Below, in pieces: positions 48,502 to 61,018 of a stretch of DNA of 64,000 bases. The DNA lies in assembly GCF_002571385.2 (NCBI RefSeq), contig NW_019217949.1, positions 320,151 to 384,150 on the forward strand, in the 5' to 3' direction. The stretch's first letter is position 1. Every line of letters begins with the position of its first letter. Below the pieces are notes generated by a model. It was not told the origin of the DNA. It did no database searches and saw nothing but the letters and a program-made list of their open reading frames with translations. This stretch comes from Stylophora pistillata. Taxonomy: Eukaryota. A program made the position numbers and the translations under genes.

Positions 48502-49628
48502 AAGATGTGGAGCAGTATGGGATAATGCTTCCCTCCCTGTATTGTCCCTCGCCCTTTTCAGGGGACCTTCGCCAATTTCTCACTCCAGGATGAACTGGTC
48601 CTTTCTGAGTGTTATAGAACCGGGAGGTAATTTGCATTTTAATGGATTTAAAATGTGACCGCTGACCAGTTAGTTGCTAAGGAAGTATGCATAATTATCC
48701 AAAATGCTCCACAAATCTTCAGAGAATTATAATTGTACTTCAAGGTAAGTATCTTTCGTATAATTTTTAAATTTCATTTGAGGCAGCTCTTAAAAATTTT
48801 ATTGGCATGGCGTCAGTAAAGTAAAGAGACTGAATCTTCTCTAACAAAAGGATTTCTTAACACTGCATCAAGACGAATCATTTCCGAAGGACGGTTAGGA
48901 TTTTGATATTCACCAATTCATATCAGAAAGAGGCAGTAAGGGTAGTTCATCATGCAACTCTAATTTTAATTTCCATCAAAAGAATAAAATGTTTCTCGTG
49001 CGCTGAAGGTTAAAATATGAAAAGAAAAAAAAAAAAAAGACAGCCGGCCTTGCAGATCTCTCTTGACAACGCTTGTATTGGCTTTGCCTTATTGTGCTTT
49101 GTGATTGGTCCAGATAACTCGCCCCACAGCCCTAAAATAACCGATCAGTCGCTGGGCTGCCCGTGTTTTCCCGCGCTCTAGGACCCTTGAGGCAAATTGG
49201 CTGTTTTTACTTTAGGTTCTCCTCATAAAATTGGCTCTTAAAGGTGTTTTCCTTAATTTATTCTGATTGGCTGCTGCGGTTACTGTGGTTTTGGTTCTGC
49301 GACACTCAATCGTAAAACGCCTCGAATGTTGGTTCTGGTTTATAAGCGCTCCAAAACGCACAAAAAGCAATGATCCACACGTGATTATCTTGAACATCCT
49401 CAACTAACCAACAGTTATCTGAACTGGATGCATATAGTTTTAAAGGAGGAAGAAAGAAGTCAGCAAATGATACAGAATTCCTCGCAAACTATTTATCTTG
49501 AACTAAACATTTAGATTTGGCGAAAACGCTGGGTGAAATGTGAAACTAGTCAGGTGTAATAGTACAAACCCAAACGCTTGATCGCTTTCAAATAGTAATA
49601 GCAAAACAGTATGTTGCTTGATTTCGTT

Positions 49629-49841
49629 TTAACGCCTTACATCCCATCACGACTGTGCAGATTCTCTATACTGTTATCTATACTTTTCCTAAGATGCTGA
49701 CATGGAGAAATTGCTTGACAATCAAGAGCTTCTCAATTAGGGGATCATTTCCTTTATTCGTCTGACCCTAATTTTCAATGCGGGAGTGATATTCCACGGA
49801 CAAAATTGGATGCTAGTGCTCCTAGTGATTAAACGGTTTAA
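49629..49841. mobile_element. ~200-bp MITE (TTAA-ended family)
   Basis: Related to the 16628-16840 copy; TTAA at both ends. Confidence 0.5.
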
Positions 49842-50485
49842 ATTACAGAAATACTTGCGCTTATCAAGAAACTTGGTGGTTAGGCTTAAATGCTACTGGG
49901 TTTAACTTGCACAAGTGCGTGAACAAAATTTAAGTTTAATTAACTTATCAAACTATTAATGATGGTTTTTTTCTATTGGTCATATATACATCACGTTTCT
50001 TCAGAAATCATTAAGACTGCAAACTTTTTTAAGCGTTCGGATTTTTGCGTCTTTTACTCAAATAGACACGTTTATCAAATCACTTGCCTTATTTTAATTT
50101 TGCAATCAATTTATATAAAACTCCTGCGTACTTACTATGGATCTTAAAACCTTAATACCTTAAAAAGATCCATCGTCAAACTCTCTTTTAAAGAACAATT
50201 ACCTTATTTCCTCGAAGAAGCGCCCACGCTCTAAGAAGCTCTCACCCCCAAGGCCATATTGTCAAACTAATCCAAATAAGCGTCCCCTTCTTCCCTCACT
50301 TTCTTAAATAGTAGGGATACAAGAAACACCTGCTTCTGGAGGGTCTTAATTAGGTATGACTTTAACGATTAGTTTCTTTAATTTACAATAATTTACAACC
50401 TTATTACGGCTTACGGTTAAAAGTTATCAATTCTAACGTCTAACGTCTACATTTTTTTTCCCGTCCTACGGCTAACATTATTATT

Positions 50486-50852
50486 AGGGACCTTAAGCAA
50501 CCACGACGGCGACGGCAACGAGGACGTGGAAAAACAAGAGATCTGACTGGCAGAACAATAGCCCAGCACGTGCATTTTGAAACTTTGTAAATTTCTTAGC
50601 CGTCCTATGCAAAACAACAACGTGAAATCGCCAAAATTTGCGTCGTCTGCGAACCGAAACCGCGACGGCAAATTATTTTAATTTCCATTTGGAACTCAAC
50701 GCTGCTTTTATACGTCATGCTGAAGTTGAGCTGTGGCGTCGTATGAGACAGTAAGCTCCTGCAGCCATTTTTAAAATTCTAACTAAGAGTAGAAATTCAT
50801 TTTTTAATCGAAATCTTCCTTGGCGTTGCCGTCCTGACTGCTTAAGGTCCCT
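50486..50852. mobile_element. MITE related to 46446-46813
   Basis: TIRs AGGGACCTTAAGCA...GACGGCAACG / CGTTGCCGTC...TGCTTAAGGTCCCT; similar length (~367 bp). Confidence 0.85.
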
Positions 50853-51142
50853 AATATTTTAACCATGCGAGACCCTATTTGAAATGCCACTCTTTATGCT
50901 TCAACTCGGCGGAATCAGTATAGGAGAATGATAAGCGCCACCCCTCGATTAAGCGCCCACTTTCCAATTACCGCCCATTCTTTTAGCCAAAATTTTGAAA
51001 AATCACCAAGGCGCTCATTCGAAAAATTACAGTGTGTTGATAATGGTATAGTAGGAAAGGGTTAAGAGTTCCTCTCACAAAATTTAAAGCCTCCAGTGCA
51101 CACGTAAGCAATATTGAGCTGGTTAAAGATTTCAAATTGCAT

Positions 51143-52995
51143 TTAGGACTCTTGATCTTCTGTGGAAGTTTCTTTTGGGCCACTAAGCGCTGCCTTCCTC
51201 CACCTTATTCGCCGATTTTGAAACCAAACTTTGACTTGGGTTTCCGAAAGACCGAGTTGCGATGCGATGTAAATCCGCTGGGCACTTCCAACGTACTGCT
51301 GATTCTTGAAATGTCTTTCCAATCTGTCGAGCTGTTGTGGAGAGAACACGGTGCGCATTCGGCGTGATTTCTCGTGCGGACCTATATCTAAAAAATGGTA
51401 AAAACGTAATAAATATTGCCAAAAAAACAAATGCTCAAATAAAATGTTTTTAAATTTTCAAAGTTTTGAATTTTTGCGAGTAGCTTGTAAATTTGGCGGT
51501 TAAGTATTTCGAAGAGGTAAATGAATCCAACATTACGCGAATAAAACCTTTTCACTCCCTCTCCGTAGGCATAAATTTCGCGGAAAAATTCGACTTCACT
51601 TTGAAATGGGTGTTGCATTTGTAGACCGAAAAAATTGCAGAGGATCGTGATCCACTTAATATATAGGTAGTGTTTGATAATACAGAGGAACTAGGCCGGA
51701 ATAATTCAAGCTTTGACAAATAAGAATACTAAACCTGCCGTGAAAGGTTTTTTTCTTTTAAGCTACTTCATATTCTATGCCCGCGTCCTGAGTATGAAAA
51801 GAAAAAGAAAAAAAGGTTTTTCTTCTTCTACCTCTAATTTTTTTTTGTTTTCTTCGAAAAAAAGAATCTGCTTGTAGCGTGACTTTACTATGCTCGCATA
51901 AGTGTCTTTCGCGAAACCATTCAAACAATTTTCATCTACATCAGGGCCATCTCTTCAAATATTACACTTACTTAGCATAAAATTCTAATTACTTGACACG
52001 CAATTTAGCAGTTGCTAATATTTTTAATTGTAGCACAGAATTTAGTCAATATGAAAGTAACATCGTTGTTTAGGAATTAGGACACTATAATTTAAAAACA
52101 ACTACTAACTAGATGATGTGAAGCGATCAATTAGATGTTAAAACAGTGTCTCCCGAAAAATATTGCAACTGAAAGTTCATTTTTCTCTAAATGTCGCGAC
52201 TACAAAATACTTTAATTCAATAATTATTTCCGAAACTGGGAAGCTTTTCATTTCTAATAATGGGCATTATTCGGTGTTTATACACCCAACCGCACTAATC
52301 CTTAATCGATTTTCGTCTAACCAATTATAAGTTTGTTTTCTCCATGAGAATTTTCTCATGCGCTTGGGGATAAGAAGAAAAAATTATATTCAAGGCTAAG
52401 GGCATGCGGCAAAGCCAAAGAAATAGTGGTTTGTAAAGTGCGTGACTTTAATCACCTTTTCATTAAAAGCACCTTTTCAATGGATGTAGAATTGTTTTTA
52501 TACTGTATTGTTTTGACTGTTTTGTATCCTAAATTTTGATTCGAAGAACTTTAAAAAGGAAGAAATTAAAGCATTGATATACTTACGGTTAGGTCGATCC
52601 CAGTATCTCCGAGAAGCATCGTGATTTGGCGTTAAGGATTCAGTCTGAATGAGATGGCTTTCTCGAAAGGCTTCTTGTTTGGGAATTTCTTGCACACCTC
52701 CCGATCTGTAACGGGTGTCTGAGGCAAACAAGGCTCTTTGATATGGCGCTCTGTGTAATCCATACGGCATCAAAAGGCGGGCTGGAGAACTCGGGATTTG
52801 AGAATAAGGTAACATAGGAATCGGTGGACCAGCAAAGCCTATTAATCGGTGATGCCTCGACATTGTCTCTCTGGGATGCGCCAGTAGAGCTGCCTCACTG
52901 CTAAAATCTTTCCTTGAAACACAGGCACTGCATGGGCAAGGGAATATGTTGTCGGTGTCTGCTTTCAGTGCAGGTGATCGCTCGTCGGTTTGCAT
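51143..52995 (-). CDS. NOTO: Not/Noto-like NKL homeobox protein 1 (2 exons, 217 aa)
   Basis: Exons 52995-52587 and 51387-51143 (phase 1). Homeodomain SRRMRTVFSPQQLDRLERHFKNQQYVGSAQRIYIASQLGLSETQVKVWFQNRRIRWRK; QQY and NRRI(K/R)WRK are characteristic of the Not family. Confidence 0.85.
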
Positions 52996-55900
52996 GCTTT
53001 TCTATCGTGGGGTAATGCGAGTAGCGTGCTCTCTGTTAGCTTGTGCTGTGTCCGTGATCCGCCAGAACTTGCCGATGATGACTGAGATAAAAGACACATT
53101 ATGACTTCTTGTTCTTCAATTCTAAACCGCATTTTTACCTGCATCTTTTCCATTGTCTAGCAACGAAATAACGTAATAACTAAGGACGCTTAAAGCGACA
53201 TTAGAATTCTTTGTTTCGGATCTCCAGCACAATCATTATTTACCATCTTATCCTTAAGTTTAGTCAATGTCAATGTTTTCAATTCTGTTCTCCAGTATAT
53301 TTTAATTTGTTGTCAAATGATAACTTTGTTCTGACGTACCAAGAGTGCACAAAAACATAATAGATGTTTTCTGAAATGTGTAAATGAGCTTCGTATGGGC
53401 TTATCGCAACATTAGGTTTACCTGCTAATTGCTTTAATAATGAAATAAAAGTTTGTTTAAACAAACACGTCTTGGAAAGTGAGGAAGTTTGCGGCCATTT
53501 GCGTGTTAAAAAATCTCTTTTACCGACCACAAAAGACGAAAAGGAAATATTAAATCGAGCGAGAAAATAGTAACTGAACTCCACATTGATCAGTGGCCAT
53601 TTTGTTTTTATTGTTCTCTTAAAGGTTAAAGTCGACAATTTATCGAGTTGGTCGAACAAGGCGCTGCTTCCGAACATTTATAGATTTTTATCGCTTTATG
53701 AAATTTATGGCTCATAAATGCCGTTAAGACTCCACCTACAACATACAGCAAGTCTTGAATAACTTAACATGATACGAAATGCATTATCGGTTGGTTTAAG
53801 TTAACATAACCGCAATATTCATTCTCGATCAAAAGCTGAACCAAAACAAAGTCTAGTGATTCATCTAGCTCTGTTTAACAATTTTTAGCTTTTACGACAA
53901 TAGCCCTTGTTCATGATAAAATTTACCCCCAAGCCTTGTTTTAACGAGAATTTTTAAGAATCTGTTGTTTCCTTGTAGGTATTTTTATGGAAATACGAGT
54001 TTCCTGTCAAACACCTTGCTTGCGAGGTCATTAAGGGTGAAATGGTTTCCGACGTAGACATGCTGAGGACCTATTAATTTTCCAGCTTGATTTTTGATTA
54101 ATTATGCCACTGAGTTTACGACCTTCTTTGTTGCAATATTTTCCGATGGTTTGTAATGGTTATTGAACACTTTTGCGACTGTGGGTGTAAATAACGGTGA
54201 TTATTTTAAAAGAATAATACTCTACACGAACAGCAAACTCTCTCTCTCTCTTATAATAGCTGATATAAAATAACCGAACAATCACTTCTTTTCATCAACA
54301 CAAAGAGAATAATTAAGCCAAATTCTTCATTCGTTCGGGTGAGCGTGTTCTGAATAAGATTTGGAAGCCAAATAAATACATGCATGAAAATGACAAAACA
54401 GGAACATGTTAAGTAGGGGTTTGCGCCAATAGCTTTATCGATGAGCGGCTCTAGATCTCTATGGTGCTGTGCTGTAACGCGAAACCCAAACACGAGAGCT
54501 TGTGAGAGGCTAAAAAGACCAGTGGCGATACGTAGTCCACCTGTATAACCGGCTTCTTTTGAAACTCGTGATTTAGACTAAGCCAACTTTGATATTCTGA
54601 GCACGTACTCTAAGCAAATGAGCACGTGTTTTGATCCACTGGAAAAAATATCAATAAAAAAAAAACAGTTTTCGAAAAAACTAATAAAGGAAAGGAGAAA
54701 AATTTAATGGAAAGAATCGGAGATCGTGTTATTTAAACCCCTTTACATGGTCGAATGCTATTTGATTAGACCACTTTGCCTATTTGCTTCGCAGAGATTC
54801 GCCATAAATTAGCAAGATGATATGCGTCTCACAAAATAATATGTTCGTCGTGGTTGAAATATGAAGTAATCAATTGAGCAAATAAATATCCAAAATAATC
54901 TTAAATGAATAATCTAAAACACTCGACATGTTTCGTTTTATTTTCTCGAGCAGAAGATGAGCTTTATGCTTGATTTATTTTTAATTTGAACACGTTTTTA
55001 TGTCTACAAGGATAATAGATGTGGAAGGTATTTTTTGGAGAACAAGGAAAGAATCATTCAGTCATAGAACGGATGTTCACATGTAGGAATAGAAAATTAG
55101 AGGTATTCACATCTATTTTATGCAATTTAAAAAAAAGCTTGAGTGTTTCTTTATTCTTGTCGGTGAGGTGCAAATGTCTCTCTGTCTAAGACCACTTAAC
55201 TTGGAAACTCGCACGCTATCTCGTGACAAAAACCAATGCATTCCATTGTAATGTGCTAAATGTCAGGGAACCTTTGTACAACTGAGTCCTATGTTTACCG
55301 ACCGAGGAATAATTATAATAATTAGATTTAAAGAATTCTGCTAGAAGGATCATTTTTAGAGGGTCGGCGGTGGAATTGCCGAAAGAAAAAATTGAATGAT
55401 TGTTTTGAAACGTTGACAAAAGCTTACTTGTGCTTTAAGATATCTTGCGTTAAAACATATTTATGTCATACATCATGCATAAAGAAATTGTTTTAACCAG
55501 AATGAACTTGCTTATAGGGGCAGAGCATCTGTTTAACAAAATAACGAAAATACAAAAATGTCTTTTTGTAAACAAATGGAATATTCTGTTAGACGTGAAC
55601 TGATCACACGGGTTAGGTTGAAAAAGTAGCAGTTCTTTTTGGCTTGGTACTTTTCCATCATAAAATTTCGGACAATTAAAGTTAAGGAATAACTGATCCG
55701 TTAAGACGTTTCTGATAATTAGGAAATTTTCTCAAGAAATTTATCGATTTGGTCAGCCAGTTCAATGTAGCGTCTCATGGCAAAACTTGCACAATGAAAC
55801 CACCAGCTTTCCTTCTGTTCGATTAAGATAATCCTTTAATGGTGGTTTTTTTACTATCCAAACATTACACCCTTTTAAATGTAAATTCAAGGCTAAATCA

Positions 55901-56142
55901 ATTCATTTAAGTTAAAAAAAAATGCACACAAATTTGAAGATCGAATCACCCTGTTAACAATACACACACACAAGAATAATGCTTCGGGATCGCACCCATT
56001 CGCTAACAGAGTCGAAAATTTCGCAATGAAGAGTAATCAGCGTAACTTGATAACTAGAATATAATTTCCCTGCGTGATATTAGCCAAAGATAAGTCGCCT
56101 TTTGACAGTTTGAGGCAGTTTGAGGCAGATTGAGACAATTTG

Positions 56143-56400
56143 AGGCAGTGTGGCTGAGTGGTTAGAGTGTTGGACTAGTAATCCGCCGCTCCCGGGTTCG
56201 AGTCCCACCCTGACCACTGGATCTGTTTCACGGTAGCCCCGAGTTCAGATCCTTGGCCACGCTTGTAAATAGCCAACTGGTTTGCCTACGGCCGGTTGGG
56301 GTTCTTAATGATGTTCTTCATGATGTTATGTTCAATTTAGACCATTTGTTTCATTTCTTTGCAAGGACCACAATGGAAACTACTGGTTCACCAGTAATTG
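56143..56400 (+). mobile_element. tRNA-derived SINE (same family as 9821)
   Basis: TGGCTGAGTGG A-box, GGTTCGAGTCC B-box, shared body TTTCACGGTAGCCCCGAGTT...GCTTGTAA...GTTGGG.TTCTTAA. Confidence 0.8.
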
Positions 56401-57671
56401 TGTAATCCTATAAAAAGACTTTTTTTTGTTTTTTTTTTGTTTTCTCTTTTTATCAAGTCCTCTCGCGGTAGCTTAAAGGGAACAAAGGTACAAAAAAACC
56501 GAGGATCTAGGCTCTTGACCGTAGGATCTGGGACTAAATAATTTTTTGAACCGCCAACCGTCATGGGCATGCTTCTCTTAAACTAATGATCCTGTTATGT
56601 TTATATGCTGGAAGTAGGAGTTTTAACATCGATATGGTGACTTGCTTTTTCTTCTTTACGCGCAGATAAAGATCAGACCATATGATACTGAGAATGCTGA
56701 CTCGTCCTTAGTCTTCTCTTAAACATCGCTGAGGATGGGAGGATGGGAAGGACTTGGTAGTGCCAGTCTCCCAAGACCCCACGACCGGGCGTAAAAAACA
56801 GGAGAGAGTCAAAAAGGCGGAAGATAACTCCTTGAGTTTATCGTTTTCTCCTTCGTGAAGCATGCCTTAGAGGTTTTGTTGGCTAGGTCAGTACCTTAGT
56901 AATCAAATGAAATAAATGATATTTTGGCCTACTGATTCAACAGAGACATATTGCCTCAGTCAGAATGTATTCAAGAAATACTCAAACAAACCAATAGCAC
57001 ATCACACATTTTTAGTCTGAATCGGTACCGGTAAACCAGTTAGTTATAAATTATCGATCTAATATGATAAAAGCCCATTCAAAGTACTGCTTTTAAGCTT
57101 CTTCTTCAATTATGCAACAAACAGACTATTTAAGCCTGGACTCCAGGCAATCAACCAATGTATCTATCAGTCAAGCTCTCTACCGTTCAACTTAATTGTC
57201 AATCTGTCAATCTGTCAATCTGTCAGTATTTCAATTTTTCAAACTGTCAATCTTTCAATCTGCTAAACTGTCGTTCAATTATTTATTAAGTCAGAAGAAA
57301 CGTTCTATACATCTTCCCCAAATATATGGCATCTATGTGGGTGGGCCAAAGTCGAGTCTACTTAGTAATATATGACAAAAATCGCTCAACATGTTTACAA
57401 TGTATGCTGAATTATCAACAACAAAGCAGTAATCTAAATTAATAAACTTTCCATTTTCTAATACGTTAGCTAGTTTTCCAATCGAAAGGAAGTTTCCTCT
57501 TTTTACCGCACCTACATTGGACACATTGAACTGGTACTTCTCAAGTCTATGCGACTTTGAATATCTATGCGCGAAACTTCATCCATTCATCTATGTACTC
57601 CTTTAATCCGCTGGTAATCGAGCCAAGTCATTCACTTCATTCCATAAAACACTTCCATTCACAGGGACTCG

Positions 57672-60600
57672 TTACATTTTGATCTTTCGTTCCAATCTGT
57701 TCTTTCTCCATTTGATTCGCCGATTCTGGAACCAAACTCGCACTTGTGTCTCAGTCAGGCCAAGAATAGCAGAAAGGCGTCTTCTCTGTTGCCCAGAGAT
57801 GTACTGATCGGTGGTGAAAACCTTCTCGAGCTCGTGCAGTTGATGAGCGGAAAATACAGTGCGACCTCTTTGAGGCCTGGTTACTTTGTCGTCAATCCCA
57901 TGGGAAGAGCTGTCTTCCAAGCGAGGGGAATCTGTTAGAAAGAAATTTATAGTTTTTTAAAGCAATTAAATCCCTTTTTCACCGCAGAAATGTATATTAA
58001 ATGCACGGCTGCATTTTTGTTTTTTTTTTTTTTGCAGTATTCTTGTTCGCGTGCGTCCTGGTATGACACGATTTTAACAAGAGACACGAACTGATCTACT
58101 TTTCGCTTTTAATTAAGGCCAGCTCTTTGAGAACAGACCAAACGACTTTTATCAAACGTTTAACTCACAAATGAACTCAACACATCGTTCTTCCCAAACA
58201 AATGAAATCTGGGATTTTTCATGTTTTCTCATTTCACAAAGATGTGTTAGAGACAAAAGTCTCACTGCTGGATATGGCCTTTGAGTTAGTAACCCATTAA
58301 GTTCCCAAGATTTGATTTTTATTCTCTACTTTAACTACAACACATTTCCTTGTAAATTAGTTATGAGAGAATAGCGTTGATTCAAGATAACAAAGTTTTA
58401 CTTGATAAGTTTGAATCTTCTCATTACCTGTTTTGGGGACAATGTCTGCATATTATATGGAGACGTTACATGTTAATCACTTTTGGGAGTTAAAAGGCTT
58501 TTGAAAGCTAGCGGTATCCTATTTGTGCAGCGCGTGAAACGACGCAATGCTTAACCCTAACCCTATGCTAGCAGTTGGTTCCAGGCAGACAGAGTAGAAC
58601 ATAGAAGAGTTATAATTAAGATGAAACTTTCTTGTTTTGGATATTTCTTAATTTGAGTTAATTAAACATCTTTCATAATTTGAAAATTTCATAATTTGTC
58701 TCCAATTTTAAGCCTTATCAAGACTGGGAAAACTTTTTTTTATGTGCTATCTTCGAGACCTAAACGTTAAGATTTTACTGTGGAGGGGAGTACTGGAAAA
58801 AAACAATGTCGGATATAAATTTTTTTCCGAAACGCTTTAGATGTTAACATATTGAATTAGATTTGTTGTGCGTGACACCACAGGAATTCTCTTAGCAAAA
58901 GATTCAATTGTTTCATTATATAAATCTACATTATTTTTCAAATACTCTTTATCACTAGAACACTAAAAAGGAATTGGCGAACGATAAAAAATATTGTATA
59001 ACAACTGAGAAAAGGGAGAGTTGTCGACAGTTCCTTTCCACGATTTTGAAAATTACAGATTTGCAACGTTTACAGCGCGAGAAAAAAAATAGTTACGATC
59101 TTCCATTTTCATACCGGCCATCGGTTATCTTTCACAAGTATTTGACAATTTTTTTCTATTGTTTAGATCGTTACTCCGCATAAAGGTACGGTCGGAAATT
59201 AATCCTTCTGCGATGTCGGAGTGATTGGCTGCCCGACTACAAACATCTTGAATTCTTAACAGGGGACCTTGAGCGTGATGTTCAACGACTTTGCTTGAAA
59301 ATTCCGAAAGGTATCTGCCGTGAGTCTATTTGCCGAGACGAAACGCCACGTTATACCAGCCACGAAGTATCTTTTCACAAGTATTTGATAATTTTTTGTT
59401 ATAAATGTTCAATTTTTCAAAGGCATCTTTCCATAATGCCACTTAATGAGCAACAGGTTTAGCATTTTTATTTATTTTTATATATTTATTACACCACCAG
59501 GTGTCGGAAAAAAAATGGTTTATGTTGACGAAAATGTATGCCTCATTTTAATTACGGATTCTTTTGTTTTTTAGCCCAAAACCCTGAGATGATTTCTAAG
59601 AAGAATTCAACTTGGTAAATTAATAGAAAAACTGATCAAGTTACGTGGCACTCAAGTGTTCTGAGAGTGAATATTTTCCTCTTGCAACGCATTAAAATTC
59701 GCACTGTGTTGTAAGAGATAGGAAAACTCATGTTTATCAAAACAGGTGTGCGATCTTTTTCATCCTGTTTAGAATTTTGTAATGCCGCTGATGAACATAT
59801 AGCTCATCTTGATGGTACACGTCACAATGTTATAATGAACAGTTTGTGTTGTTTGCCCTACATACTAATAGTATTTCTGTTAGAAATTGCGAATAAGGAG
59901 TCGTTGTGGCAAGGTTAGTTTACATAAATACGTTTTTTGTGGGACGGAATAGGAAAAAATGAGGAGAAAAAAATAACAACTTATATTCGGAAAAATACTT
60001 TGGATCAAACAGTTTTAAGGAAAAAATAAAAAATAATAATAAATTGATTGACAAATATCATAGAAGTAAAGAAGTTTCTCTTTTCCGCTTTCGAGATCAC
60101 TCTGATCAGAGATAACCCCTACTAACTAAAACGAGCGCCAATTAAGAGTGCATAATGAGTTGTCACCAACAATAGGGGACAATTCTTGTGTTCCTATAAC
60201 TTTATTATCCAGAGAAGAAATGAATGAATTTGAATGCGTACTTATGATCTTGATGAGACGCAAACAGTTTGCCTTTTCAGTAGATGTCTGATGATCATAA
60301 AGAGAGTCATCTTTATTGAGGCACTGCTGAAGTTTCCGACAAACAAATGTTTCCCTGGGGATCCAGCTCGACTATGCATAGATAGCAGTATGTTTATTCC
60401 CGTCGCAATGGTCTTATAACACAGTTTTTTTTCAAACGTGCGGTAACACAAATTAATCCATTTTCTAATCTCGCCTGGCATAATGGCTGTATGGGGGAAA
60501 TTGTGCCGGATAATGAGTTTATACACAAAGCATTGGCAAAAGCATCAAAGGTATCATACATGTTTCCTTCGATGGGGATAGCTACGGATAAAATGTGGCT

Positions 60601-61018
60601 AACCTTTGTTAGATGCCAAGTCGGTGTTCCGTTCCAGTAACGAATTGAAGGAGGAGTATTGCGTATTTGCTGTTCCAAGTTCGAGGATACGGTAAGCGTC
60701 TGATGGAGAAGGTAGAAGATCTTGACGAATCGGAGCACGCGCTGGGTAGAAGGTATTCCCATGGGAGGGTAGATAACTGGTCGGGGATTGGTAGTTTGGG
60801 GGTAAGTTTCGGTATGAACTTAAATGAGTTGTTCGAGTCGCTGGCTTATCACCGGGTGGATTCAGAACCATCTGGTCGGGATAACGACCCGTACCTCTGA
60901 TAGTGTCCGGATGGAACTCTGCCATGGGAAAGTAAGACGGAGCGGCTGTCGGCGGATACAGCCAACAATTCTGTGAGAGAGGTGGCCAATGGCTTGAAGT
61001 TGTGTAGTCTGATTGCAT
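57672..61018 (-). CDS. Not/Noto-like NKL homeobox protein 2 (2 exons, 224 aa)
   Basis: Exons 61018-60604 (Pro/Tyr/Ser-rich) and 57931-57672 (phase 1). Homeodomain PQRGRTVFSAHQLHELEKVFTTDQYISGQQRRRLSAILGLTETQVRVWFQNRRIKWRK. Confidence 0.85.
58290..58500. mobile_element. ~200-bp MITE in the intron of homeobox gene 2
   Basis: TAACCCATTAAGTTCCCAAG ... CTTTTGGGAGTTAAAAGG imperfect terminal inverted repeats. Confidence 0.55.

Larger units (their letters stand above)
45464..48770 (+). mobile_element. Internally deleted DIRS1-like tyrosine-recombinase retrotransposon
   Basis: Left ITR ~45464-45596 is inverted relative to ~48597-48703. ICR 48068-48164 is complementary to both outer ends. YR C-terminus at ~47755-47985 (LFVSFIRPHKPVSTATIAR...AGIDTS..RAHSVRGAS...GVP...ILRAAEWTNE..KYY) and a YR N-terminus-like stretch at ~47340-47450. 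I see no RT/RNaseH. Confidence 0.85.
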
